Assembly: GCF_018350175.1 (NCBI RefSeq)
Contig: NC_058368.1
Span: 162,814,001-162,878,000, forward strand
Source: Felis catus
Taxonomy: Eukaryota
Direction of reading: 5' to 3'
Length of the DNA: 64,000 bases
Part shown: piece after piece, positions 39,501-51,594 of the stretch
How the letters are laid out: each line of letters opens with the position of its first letter
Position numbering within the stretch: position 1 is the stretch's first letter
Made by a program: the position numbers and the translations under genes
The notes under the pieces: model-generated
Databases searched by the model: none
What the model saw: only the letters and a program-made list of their open reading frames with translations
What the model was told of the DNA's origin: nothing

Positions 39501-41280
39501 GTCTCACAGGATCCCCCTTAGGATCTCTTGTAGGACTGGTTTAGTGGTGACAAATTCCTTCAGTTTTTGTTTGTTTGGGAAGACCTTTATCTCTCCTTCT
39601 ATTCTAAATGACAGACTTGCTGGATAAAGGATTCTTGGCTGCATATTTTTTTTCTGTTCAATACATTGAAGATCTCATGCCAATCCTTTCTGGCCTGCCA
39701 AGTTTCAAAAGAGAGATCAGTCACGAGTCTTATAGGTCTCCCTTTATATGTGAAGGCACGTTTATCCCTTGCTGCTTTCAGAATTTTCTCTTTATCCTTG
39801 TATTTTGCCAGTTTCACTATGATATGTCGTGCAGAAGATCGATTCAAGTTACGTCTGAAGGGAGTTCTCTGTGCCTCTTGGATTTCAATGCCTTTTTCCT
39901 TCCCCAGTTCAGGGAAGTTCTCAGCTATTATTTCTTCAAGTACACCTTCAGCACCTTTCCCTCTCTCTTCCTCCTCTGGGATACCAATTATGTGTATATT
40001 ATTTCTTTTTATTGTGTCACTTACTTCTCTAATTTTCCCCTCATACTCCTGGATTTTTTTTATCTCTCTTTTTCTCAGCTTCCTCTTTTTCCATAACTTT
40101 ATCTTCTAGTTCACCTATTCTCTCCTCTGCCTCTTCAATCCGAGCCGTGGTGGTTTGCTACTTGCACACTGCCAGGCTTGTGGAGCTGGGGATCTGGTGT
40201 ATTAGCTGGGGTGGATAGGCAAGGTGCACGGGGGCAGGAGGGGCAGGCTTAGCTCGCTTCTCCTTAGGTGAACTACTTCAGGAGGGGCTCTGTGGCAGCA
40301 GGCGGGAGTCAGACCCACTGCCAGAGGGGTGGCTCCGCAGAAGCACTGCGTTGGGTGTTTGCGCAGAGCAAGCAAGTTCCCTGGCAGGGACTGGTTCCCT
40401 TTGGGATTTTGGCTGGGGGATGGGCGAGGGAGATGGCGCTGGCGAGCGCCTTTGTTCCCCACCAAACTGAGCTCTGTCCTCCCGGGGCTCAGCAACTCTC
40501 CCTCCCTTTGTCCTCCAGGCTTCCTGCTTTCCCAGCAGAGCTGTTAACTTATGACCTCCCAGATGCTAAGCAAGTCCTGCTTGCTGTCGGAACACACTTC
40601 ATCCGGCCTGTCCGCTTTTGCAAGCCAGACTCGGGGCCTCTGCTTGGCCAGCGGGTTGCCCCTCCGCCCCGGCTCCCCCCCCCCCCCCGCCAGTCTGTGG
40701 AGCGCACACCACCTCTCCGCCCTTCCTACCCTCTTCCGTGGGCCTCTCATCTGTGCTTGGCTCCGGGGACTCCGTTCTGCTAATCCTCTGGCATTTTTCT
40801 GGGTTATTTAGGCAGGTGTAGGTGGAATCTAAGTGATCAGCAGGATGTGCGGTGAGCTCTGCGTCCTCCTACGCTGCCATCTTCCCACAAGTCCCTTCTT
40901 TCATTTCTTTCAACACAGTTTTGTAGTTTTTCTCATGTGGATATTGTGCATATCTTGTTAACTTTATACAATAGAATTTCTTTTTTATCTTGGTAATGTA
41001 AATGATATTGTGGTTTTTTTATTCCAAATTCCCCTTGTTCATTGTTGGTATATAGAAAAGTGATAGACTGTTGCATATTAACCATGCACTCTGTAACCTT
41101 GCTATAACTGGTTATTAGTTCCAGGAGTTTGTCAATTCTTTCTGATTGTTCACATAGATGAGTATATATCATCTTTGAACTTTATTTCTTCCTTCTCAAT
41201 CTGTATACTTTTTATTTCCTTTTCTTGTCTAACTGTATTAGCTAGAACTTCCAGTAGAACATTGAAAAGCAGTGGTGATC
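33590..41280 (-). mobile_element. Old L1MC-like LINE fragment, split by the young L1 at 35415-40894
   Basis: 3' end tacatttgttacaactgatgaa at about 33730; ORF2-like sequence is continuous across the TSD (tttagttcttctttcatttctttc|aacacagttttgtagttttt). Confidence 0.85.
35415..40894 (-). mobile_element. 5'-intact, internally deleted felid L1 (L1_Fc type), about 5.5 kb, disabled
   Basis: 17-bp TSD cttctttcatttctttc at 35398-35414 and 40895-40911; starts GG..AAGATGGC; ORF1 remnant ends QEILRGIL* at 39504; ORF2 from ATG 39453 (MTLNPYLSIITLNVNGLN) to stop 35657, broken into several ORFs. Confidence 0.97.
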
Positions 41281-42162
41281 TTTCCACTTTGTTAGAAAAA
41301 TATATCCCTAATTGTCATTATTGTTATTGTCACCATTCTCTCTTTCATTTCATGATCATACACAGCCTATGTTCTCTGTAGTGAAATTCCACTGACAGAA
41401 AATGGGCTCCTGGCTCTACCTCCAGCTGAACCAGATGTTTTCAGTTAGTTCATAGAATAGCCTGTATATGTATATATATTTAGTAGTTGTTCTAAATCAA
41501 GTTCCCAAATTCACTATCCCCAAATTCTTGTTTGAGACTGATACTCCAAAGGACATCCATACTCCTTAAGAGATTACAAAAGGTTTTAGGAACTCCCTCT
41601 CTCTCTCTCTCTCTCTTGTTTCTCTCACCTACTCTTTTCCAGTTCAAATTCATTTAACTTTCTATATTCAAATCCCTGGCATAAAATTAGTCATTAATTA
41701 TCTTAAATACAAAACCTGAAACCATAAAACTCATACAAGAAAACACAGGGGGGAAACCTCAAAATTGATCTTGGCAATGATTTTATGGATATGACAGCAA
41801 AAGAAAAGGCAATAAGAACAAAAATAAACTTATTTTTAAAGAAGCTTCTGCACAGCAAAAGAAGCAATCAACAAAATGAAAAGGCCACCTACAGAATGAT
41901 CAAAAATATTTGCAAACCATATATCTGATAAGAGATCAATATACAAAATATGTAAGAAACTCACACAATAGCAAAAAAATCAAATAATCTGATTTTAAAA
42001 TGGGGAAGAGACCTGAATAGGCATTTTTCCAAAGCAGATATTTAAATGACCAAAGATGCATGAGAAGGTGTTCAACATTACTAAACAACAGGAAATACAA
42101 ATTAAAAACACAATGAGTAATTATCTCAAATCTGTTAAAATAGCTTTTATAAAAAAGACATG

Positions 42163-42360
42163 AGGGGCAATTGGGTGGCCCAGTTGGATAAGAGTCTGAC
42201 TTGGACTCAAGTCATGATCTCAAGATTGATGAGTTTGAGCCCTGCATCGGGCTCTCTGCTGTCAGCACAGAGCTTGCTTTAGATCTTCTGCTCCCCCCCC
42301 CACCTCTACCCCTCCCCTTCTCTCAAAATAAATAAAATTAAGCAACAACAACAACAACAA
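42163..42360 (+). mobile_element. SINEC with (CAA)n tail
   Basis: Flanked by aaaaagacatgag / aaaaagacaagag. Confidence 0.9.
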
Positions 42361-42536
42361 CAAAAAGACAAGAGATAAGAGGATGTGGAGAACCCTCATG
42401 TGCTATTGGTGGGAATATAAATTGGTGCAGCTATAGAAAATAGTATAGAGGTTCCTTAAAAAATTAAAAATAGAACTACTTTAGGATCTAGCAATTCCAC
42501 TTCTGGGTATATATCCAAAAGGAAATGAAATCACTA

Positions 42537-42968
42537 CAGACTTCCTCAATTTATGAATGGGTTACCTCCCAATAAATCCATTGCAAGTTGAAAATATCCT
42601 AAATCAAAAGTGCATTTACTACTTCTAGCTTAGCAAACATCATAGCTTAGCCTATCCTACCTTAAACATGCTTAGAGCCCTTAATATTGTTTATGTTAGA
42701 ACTACAGTTGGGCAAAATTATCTAACACAAAGCCAATTTTATAATAATGGGTTGAATATCTCATGTAACTTATTAAATACTATACTGAAGGTGAAAAACA
42801 GGATGACTGTATGGGTACAGATTGGTTCTAAGTGTCTGGGTTGTTTAACCTCATGATCACATGGTTTCCTGGGAGCTGTGGGTCACTGCCACAGCCAGCA
42901 GCATGAGAGGTATCATACCATATATCATTAGCCCAAGAAAAGATCAAAATTCAAAATTTGAAGTATGG

Positions 42969-43004
<36 letters not shown>

Positions 43005-43315
43005 TTTCTTTCTTTCTTTCTTTTTTCTTTCTTTCTTTCTTGTAGTTTCAAGTTTTTATTTAAATTCCAGTTAGTTAGTATATAGTGTAATATTAGTTTC
43101 AGGAGTAGAATTTAGTGATTCTGCACAGCAAAGCAAACAACAAAACTAAAAGGCAACCTTTGGAATGGGAGAAGATATTTGCAGATGGCATATGTGATAA
43201 AGGGTTAGTATCCAAAATCTTTGAAGTGTGGTTTTTATTGAATTTGTTATTACTTTGCACCATCATAAGGTAGAAAAATCAGATGTCAAACCATTGTAAG
43301 TCAGAGACTACATCT
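42537..43315. mobile_element. MER47/Tigger5-like TcMar DNA transposon
   Basis: TA then cagacttcctcaatttatga ... catcatagcttagcctatcctaccttaaacatgct ... aaaccattgtaagtcagagac. Confidence 0.8.
42970..43219 (-). mobile_element. Tiny 5'-inverted carnivore L1 insertion with (TTTC)n tail
   Basis: Minus-strand L1 3' end joined near 43120 to a plus-strand ORF2 piece; TSD tttgaagt(a/g)tggt at 42957-42969 and 43220-43232. Confidence 0.8.
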
Positions 43316-43677
43316 CCAAGAGGTATACCATGTCTATGGCATCATTACTTACAATAGCTAAGACATGGAAACAACTAACTATTCACCAATGGGTGAAAAA
43401 ATAAAAAAAATATAAAAAATACATATATATTTTATATACATGTATACATACGTATTAACTCAGACGTATTAATTTATATATAATGGAATTTTAATTTGCC
43501 CACAAAAAAAAAAAGGAAATTCTGTCATTTGTGACAACATGGATGAAACTTAAAGGAGAATGCTAAGTGAAAAAAGTCAGAGAAAAACCAATACTGTATG
43601 ATATCACTTATACGTGGAATCTAAAATAGTCAAACTCATAGAAGCAAAGAGAAAATCACATTTTTACCTACTTTAAG

Positions 43678-43732
43678 ATGATAAAATATGTTTAAAGGAT
43701 GCTGTATGATAAAATATGTTTAAAGAATGCTG
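43678..43732. repeat. 28-bp tandem duplication
   Basis: atgataaaatatgtttaaag(g/a)atgctg twice. Confidence 0.9.
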
Positions 43733-43827
43733 ATCCTTTTTTTTCAAACCTAACTATCTTTATCTACTTCCTTCTCTATGAACTAAACAAAAAGCTATTT
43801 TTCCTAAATAATATTGGTGACACCTGT

Positions 43828-43871
43828 TACCAGTCTGGGTCTAGACTGGTACTAGTCTGGGTCTAGACTTT
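43828..43871. repeat. 22-bp tandem duplication of a hairpin unit
   Basis: ac(c/t)agtctgggtctagact twice; first copy has a 9-bp stem taccagtct/agactggta. Confidence 0.85.
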
Positions 43872-45157
43872 CCAACAGAAAGCAAAATTACATATTAAAA
43901 ATAGTATATGACAATTACCACTTTAGGTAACTAATCACCATATATCTGTCTCTGATAGAAAGTAATATGAATTAACTTACAATATTTTATAGTAAGTGAA
44001 AACCAGAAACTATACTTCTTATTGACTTTTGTTATCCTGTATGCCTTGGTTCATATTATATTACCAAATTAAACAGTAGTTTCATTTGTCAGCTCATGAC
44101 ACAAAAGTCCTTTTGAAACACTTTTGCATAATTTGAGAGAAGTATACCCATTATAACCTACTTAAAAGATTATGCCTTTGTTCTAATACAGTACTAAATG
44201 TTTACTACTGAAAAAAGGATTAAATTTTTATCTACTTAAAGATAATAAGTCAAAAGAAATGCTAACTTGCTTAAAACAAACTCTCGCGTAAGCTTTTCTT
44301 TTCTCTTCTTTTCTTTCTTTCTTTTTTTTTTTTTTTGGTTAATAGTGAAGTACTTTTAGAGTCAGAAGTTTTCACAGTTTTTATTATTTTTATGATCCCT
44401 CTGAACTCATCTAACATGGAAACTTTTCTACTGTAAAATTTCGTTTGTGAAGTCCATGATTGGTGGCAAATCTTTTCCACCACTTACTTAGTCATGGTTT
44501 CCTAAGTGTTATTCATAGCAATTTAAACAGATTACTGTCTTTTAGAAACTCTCTTCCTAGTCAAATAACAACACTGAAGTAAAAAAGAAAAAAAAATGTC
44601 ATAGAGGAAATTAAAAAACAAAAAACAAAGCCATGGGATTAGTGCATTTTTGTCCTAAAGATAATAAAGTTATAGCAGTGTTGTTTGAATTTTATGTTGT
44701 AACGGGAAATAATAGCTTCCTGGATAGGTGAGAGTGAAAAACTTTTGTTCAAGAAGTGAGAAGACTTTCTTAGTTGGAAGTTTCATAAGATTCTACAAAT
44801 AAATCTAATTGAGGAAAAAAAGTATATGCATATATAAGGTGTATTAGATTCCTAGAGCTAGCATAATAAAGTACCACAAAACGGGCAGCTTAAAACAACA
44901 TAATTTGATTTTCTTACAGTTCTAGAGGCTAGAAGTCCAAAATCAAGGTGTCAGCAGGGCTATGCTCCCTCTGAAGGCGGTAGCAAAGACGTCTTCCTAT
45001 CCTCTTGGTATTCTTGGTTTTTGGATACATCACTCCAATCTCTGCCTGATGTATGTGTTCTGAGTCCAAATCTCCCTCTACTTAGAAAGATGCTAGTCAT
45101 TGAATTAAGACCTACCCTAATCCAGTACAACTTCATCTTAAACTTGATTCCATCTTA

Positions 45158-45360
45158 CAACGTTTATTTATTTTTGGGACAGAGAGAGACAGAGCATGAA
45201 CGGGGGAGGGGCAGAGAGAGAGGGAGACACAGAATCGGAAACAGGCTCCAGGCTCTGAGCCATCAGCCCAGAGCCCGACGCGGGGCTCGAACTCACGGAC
45301 CGCGAGATCGTGACCTGGCTGAAGTCGGACGCTTAACCGACTGCGCCACCCAGGCGCCCC
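45158..45360 (-). mobile_element. Very young SINEC_Fc-type SINE lacking its terminal poly(A)
   Basis: Perfect 18-bp TSD aaacttgattccatctta at 45140-45157 and 45361-45378; CpGs intact. Confidence 0.97.
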
Positions 45361-45395
45361 AAACTTGATTCCATCTTAAAAGATCCTATTTCCCA

Positions 45396-45509
45396 GGGTG
45401 CCTGGCAGCTCAGTCAGAAGAACACATGACTCTCGATCTGAAGGTTGTAACTTGGAGCCCCACGTTGGGTGTAGAGATTACTTAAAACAAACAAAATTTA
45501 AAAAAAATT
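45396..45509 (+). mobile_element. Short tRNA-like SINEC
   Basis: gggtgcctggcagctcagtcagaag ... gggtgtagagattactt; TSD aaaagatcctatttccca / aaaagttcttatttccca. Confidence 0.85.
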
Positions 45510-46199
45510 AAAAAGTTCTTATTTCCCAAGAAGGTCACATTCACAGGCACTGGAGATTAGGACTTGAACATATCTTTTGTAGGGACACCATTCAACCTAC
45601 AATTGAGCAAACTTTGCTGAAGTAGGCTTTTAAACAGCAAGTGAGGGAGGCTTGAGCAAGTTAGAAAGTGGCTTTGAAAAGAAGTCCTTAAGATCTTAAT
45701 TGTGAAATCTCAAAGTCCCATAGAAGATTTTATACTTTTATTTAGCAATCTGTCATCTGATAATCTCAATAAAAAACAAACACTTCGGTGCCAAAGGCAT
45801 TAAAGATAAAGTCACCAGCCATTTATTCATCTAATATATATATTTTTAACATTCATCACATAAGAATGAGTGAGAACAGGGTAATGAACAATGCAATACC
45901 TCCTTTCAAAGGCTGGTTATCTAGAAAAGAGTAAGGGAGATAAAAAAAAAATTACAACTCATTGCATAAGATGATCATATTGGCATTATAAAAAGATTCC
46001 TTTCACAACAGGAAGGAGAGCAGATTGGAAGAAGAAACAACCAAGAGACTAGTTAGAGAGGTATCACACTGTTTATACAACAGAACATAGGTTGCAAAGG
46101 TTAGGTCATGAAGAAATGATTTTAAGGAAAGGAGACACATTCAGAAGATTGCAAGGGTTCAAGTTCTAGCCGCAAAACCTACAAAATTACCTGCAGTTT

Positions 46200-47140
46200 C
46201 ACCAATCCTTTCCTTGGTGCCCTCTGTTGCAAGGGAAGAAGTCCTTTCTCTTTACTACGGCTAATCCTTCTTCCTGTGTTTTGGAACCCATACTATCCCT
46301 TTCTTAGTAATATCTTTCAATTAATTATATTCTTGTTCTTAGACCATAATCTCTTCCTGTTTGCTTCTTCTTATCAATCTTCGATAAGCCATCCATCACA
46401 ACACTTAGAGCAACAATGACTTCATCTACCACCCTTAACAAACCTTAGCACCACAGCCAACTACCAGATCCTATGTTCTGTTCACAGCTATACTTATAGA
46501 AGATCTTGCTTACTTATAATGTGTCCAATTGCTCTTTTCCAACACATTTCTTAATTTATTGCCATTTGGCTTCTCTTCCTACAATTCTTCTGAAATTTCT
46601 CTCATTCTAGTTTCCAACAAACTCTGTTGTTAAATCCAGTAAACATTTTCATTGCTTACTTCCCTTGACCTCTCAGCAACATTTGGCAATTTTGACCACC
46701 CCCATTGTCTTCATATACTCTCTTATCTTGCCTTTATTGTACTGATTTCAGCCCTGGTTTTCTTCTTGTTTTTCCTTCTTAGTCTCTTCCTCTAGCCATT
46801 TCTTATGTGTTATATTCTTCAGAATTCCTCAGTTCATAGTAGACTCTTCTTCTATATTGGGAAAATTTATTTTTTTCCATGGATTAAATAATTATTGCTA
46901 TACTGACAACCCCCAATTATGACTACAATTGAGATCTCGCTCCTCAGCATTAGATCTTTATTTTCAACTGTCAAATAGCACTAAGCTCCCTCATTGGTAC
47001 TTCAAACTCAGTATGTCTAAAACAACTCATCTCCTCTTCTAAATCCTCTATTCCTCCTATGCTTCACATATTAATAAATGGTAACACTCTATATAAAAAC
47101 ATACAAGCCAACTACTAGGGCACCAAGCTTAATCTCCCCT
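46200..47140 (+). mobile_element. LINE2 fragment
   Basis: cttgacctctcagcaacatttggc, cttcaaactcagtatgtctaaaac. Confidence 0.75.
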
Positions 47141-47699
47141 TCTGAACCTCCATCCACCCCAACTCTCTCTCTCTTTCTCTCTCTCTCTCTCTTTCTGCTC
47201 CCTCTCCCACTCCCTCACCTCTCATCCTTCAACATTCACATTTTATTCATAATTCCACTGTTACTACTATACTCTTGGTCACTATAACATTTTAACTCCT
47301 ATAAATTACTTCTTCTTAAAAAAATTATATTCTCTTCATGATATATATCCCTCCCAAACTGCTCATGAGACCTAGGGGAAGCTGATCTAACCTTCAACTC
47401 TATGACTAGGACCTGATTAAATCACATAATTATAGCAATTATATTCCCTTGGAAACAATTCATTTAGGAGCTCATATTTAAGTCAATTTTGGTCATTATT
47501 GCCTTTGCAACTGTTATTGTTCCAGGTGTGGCATGGACCTGAAATTTGTCCAACCAGACTCAAGCAAGGGAGTGTTTTGTTTTTTTCTTTTCAAATTTGG
47601 GGAGAAAGTTTATTTCTCCCCCAGTAGATGTAAGAAATACAGCATGTTAACTTTGCTACTACAATTGATGTTTTGTCATTCTTTAATTTCTTTATAATT

Positions 47700-48390
47700 C
47701 TGCCACAGATGTATATGCCCATAAATGATATTGTACATTATAAACATATATGTAATATATATTATATATACATTCTCCAATTTGGCATTTTTGTCAATTT
47801 TTTTGTTCAGATTTATTCATTTTGATAGCAACAACTAAGTTTCATTCATTTTCATAGTAGTGTGATTTCCATTACAAAAATATAGCACAATGTATTTATG
47901 CATTACCTTACTAATATTTGTATTATTTTCCTTATTTCTTAATACAAACCAATGCATCTGTAAACATGTTTGAACATGTATCTTTTTGAAGATATGTAAG
48001 AATTTTTAAAATATATATTCCCAGAAATGGAATTTCTGGTTACTGGGTACATATTTTCAAAATAAAAAACTAAATGGCTATCCACATGCCTGTAACATTT
48101 TACACTTCCACCGGCAGTCTAAAAGAGCTCTGTTCTGCCAAATCTGCAACAAGAGATTTTGTAGTTTTTAAATTTTTCCAATTCTAATGAGTATGAAATG
48201 GTATCTTTATGATGTATTTCAATTTGTGTTCTCATGATTACTAATTAAGTCCTTAGTCACATTTTTTCATATAATTATTGGGCAATTGTTTCTCCTCCTC
48301 TATAAATGCCCTTCCTTTTTTTTAGAGGTTTGTGTTTTGTTTATTGAATTTTAGAAGTTTTAGTATTTATTTGTATTAATATATTCAATA
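47700..48390 (-). mobile_element. Old L1ME-like fragment
   Basis: cccagaaatggaatttctggt, tttacacttccaccggcagt, ccaattctaatgagtatgaaatggtatct. Confidence 0.7.
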
Positions 48391-48894
48391 TTGCCCTAGA
48401 CCTAGGCAAGACAATATAACTAAATGGAAATATATACCATGCTTATTATTGGAAGAATTAATATAGTTAAAATTCCCCCACTATCTGAAGCAATATACAT
48501 ACATATTCAATGCAATCCCTATCAAAATTCCAATGACATTTTTCAGAGAGCTAGAACAAACAATCCTAAAATTTGTATGAAACCACAAAAGACCCCAAAT
48601 AGCCAAAGGAATCTTGAAAAAGAAAAACAAAACTGGAAGTGTCAAAATTCCAGACTTCAAGTTATATTACAAAACTGTAGTGATCAAAATGTGTGGTACT
48701 ATCACAAAAATAGACACATTGCTCAATAAAACCAAAAAAAAAAGTGCAGAAATAAATTCACAATTACATGGTTAATTAATCTTCAATCAAGGAGGCAAGA
48801 ATATGCAATGGGAAAAATGTAGTGTCTCCAACAAATCACATTGGGAAACAGGACAGCTACATGCAAAAGAAGGAAACGGGAGCACCTTCTTACA

Positions 48895-48932
<38 letters not shown>

Positions 48933-48959
48933 GAAAATGGATTAAGAAACTAAATATGA

Positions 48960-49182
48960 GGGGCGCCTGGGTGGCGCAGTCGGTTAAGCATCCGACTTCA
49001 GCCAGGTCACGATCTCGCGGTCCGTGAGTTCGAGCCCCGCGTTGGGCTCTGGGCTGATGGCTCAGAGCCTGGAGCCTGTTTCCGATTCTGTGTCTCCCTC
49101 TCTCTCTGTCCCTCCCCCGTTCAAGCTCTGTCTCTCTCTGTCCCAAAAATAAATAAACGTTGAAAAAAAAATTAAAAAAAAA
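48960..49182 (+). mobile_element. SINEC_Fc-type SINE
   Basis: TSD aagaaactaaatatga at 48944-48959 and 49183-49198. Confidence 0.96.
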
Positions 49183-49973
49183 AAGAAACTAAATATGAGA
49201 CCTGAAGCCATAAAAATCCAAGAAGAGAGTACAGGCAGTAATGTCTCTGATATCAACTGTAGTAACATTTTTCTAGATATGTCTCCTGAGGCAAGGGAAG
49301 CAAAAGCAAAATAAACTACTGGGACTACATGAAAATAAAAAGCTTCTACATAGCAAAGGAAACAATCAACAAAACTAAAAGACAACCTACTGAATGGGAG
49401 AAGAAATTTTCAAATGGCATACCCAATAATGGGTTAGTATCCAAAATATATAAAGAACTCAACACCAAAAACAAAACAAAATAAACAAAAAATCACACAA
49501 ATAATATTATTTTAAAATGAATGGAAGACATGAACAGACATTTCTCCAAAGAAGACATCCAAATGGCTAACAGACACATGAAAAGATGCTCAACATCATT
49601 CATCATTAGGAAAATACAAATCAAAACAACAATCAGATATCACCCCACACCTGTAAGATTTGCTAAAACAAAAGCTCAAGAAACAACAGGTATTGGCAAG
49701 GATATGGAGAAAAAGAAATCTTCTTTCACTGTTGGTGAGAATGCAAACTGGTGCAACCACTGTGGAAAACACTAAAGACTTTCTCAAAAAATTAGAAAAA
49801 GAACTACCCTATGATCCAGTAATTGTACTATGGGTATTTACCCAAAGAGTACAAAAATACTGATTGAAAGGGACACATGCATCCCGATGTTTATACGAAC
49901 ATTATCAACAATAGCCAAATTATGGAAAGAGTCCTAATATCCTTCAACTGGTGAATGGATAAATAAAATGAGG

Positions 49974-50004
<31 letters not shown>

Positions 50005-50155
50005 GAATATTACTCATTTATAAAAAGGAATGAAATCTTGTCATTCATGACAGCATGGATGGACCTAGAGGGTATAATGCTAAGCAAAAGAAGTCAGTCA
50101 AAGAAAGACGATACCATATGATTTCACTCATATGTGGAATTTAAGAAACAAAATA

Positions 50156-50379
50156 GGGGCGCCTGGGTGGCACAGTCGGTTAAGTGTCCAACTTCAGCCA
50201 GGTCACGATCTCGCGGTCCGTGAGTTCGAGCCCCGCGTCAGGCTCTGGGCTGATGGCTCGGAGCCTGGAGCCTGTTTCCAATTCTGTGTCTCCCTCTCTC
50301 TCTGCCCCTCCCCCGTTCATGCTCTGTCTCTCTCTGTCCCAAAAATAATAAAATAAAACGTTGAAAAAAAATAAAAAAA
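50156..50379 (+). mobile_element. SINEC_Fc-type SINE
   Basis: TSD aagaaacaaaata at 50143-50155 and 50380-50392. Confidence 0.96.
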
Positions 50380-51205
50380 AAGAAACAAAATAGATGAATA
50401 AAGGGGAAAAAAGAGAGAGAAACCAAAAAAAAAAAAAAAACCAGACTTTTAACTATAAAAAAGCAACAGATGTTTACCAGAGGAGAGGTAACCATTACCA
50501 GAGGGTTGGGGGATGGGTAAGATAGGTGAATGGGGTTAAGAGTACACTTACCTTGATGAGTACTGAGTAATATATGGAACTGTTGAATTACTACTGTATA
50601 CTTAAAACTAATATAACACTGTATATTAACTGAAATTAAAAGTTACTGAAATTAAAAATTTACTGAATGTAAAAGTAAAAAAAATACTAGAAATGAACCT
50701 GAAATGGAGATGGGTGATTTACTTCATAAAAAGTCAAAATAATGGTCATGAAGATGAACACCAAAGTCAGGAAAACAATCCATACAGTATGGTCCTGCTA
50801 TAAATACAAACACATAGACAAATGGAATATAATCAAGCTCTCAGAAATAAACCTATGTATATATGGTCAATATTTTTCCAAAGGTTTCAAGAATACTCAA
50901 TGGAGAAAAGAATCTTCAATAAATGGTGCTGAGAATATTCACACCATGTAAAAGAGTGAAACTAGGCACTTACTTCTTTCATTCCACTTGCAGAAATTAA
51001 CATAGAATGGGCTAAAGACTTAAATGTAAATCCAGAAACCATAAAACTCTGAGAAGAAAACATAGGAAAAAAAGCTCTTTGAGATGGATCTTGGCAATGA
51101 TTTTATTGGATATGTAACCTAGAGCATAAGGAACAAGATCAAAAATAAATAAGTGGGACTACATCAGACGAAAAACCTTCTTCACAGCAAAAGAAATGAT
51201 CAACA

Positions 51206-51432
51206 GGGGCGCCTGGGTGGCGCAGTCGGTTAAGCATCCGACTTCAGCCAGGTCACGATCTCGCGGTCTGTGAGTTCGAGCCCCGCGTCAGGCTCTGTGC
51301 TGATGGCTCAGAGCCTGGAGCCTGTTTCCGATTCTGTGTCTCCCTCTCTCTCTGCCCCTCCCCCGTTCATGCTCTGTCTCTCTCTGTCCCAAAAATAAAT
51401 AAATGTTGAAAAAAAAAATTAAAAAAAAAATA
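51206..51432 (+). mobile_element. SINEC_Fc-type SINE
   Basis: TSD aaaagaaatgatcaaca at 51189-51205 and 51433-51449. Confidence 0.96.
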
Positions 51433-51594
51433 AAAAGAAATGATCAACAGAAGAAAAGGTTAACTTACCATTTAGTATATGGAACAATATTTGCAAATTA
51501 TATAATTGATAAGGGGTTTATATTCAAAATATAAATATACTCTCCATACCCTTGTTCAATAACCAAACAATTCAATTAAAAAATGGGCAGAGTA

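Larger units (their letters stand above)
41700..43650 (+). mobile_element. Old L1MA/MB-type 3' fragment, interrupted by a SINEC and a Tigger-type element
   Basis: aagcttctgcacagcaaaagaagcaatcaac, atccagca-like ggatctagcaattccacttctgggtatatatcc, tttgtgacaacatggatgaa. Confidence 0.85.
44840..45601 (-). mobile_element. MLT1-type LTR (MLT1A/C-like) carrying two SINE insertions
   Basis: tgtattagattcctagagctagcataataaagtaccacaaa ... gggacaccattcaacctaca. Confidence 0.85.
48421..50680 (+). mobile_element. Carnivore L1 3' half (ORF2 fragment and 3' UTR) with two SINE insertions and (CA)n, (TA)n tracts
   Basis: ORF fragments GRINIVK and [23 protein letters not shown]. Confidence 0.9.
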
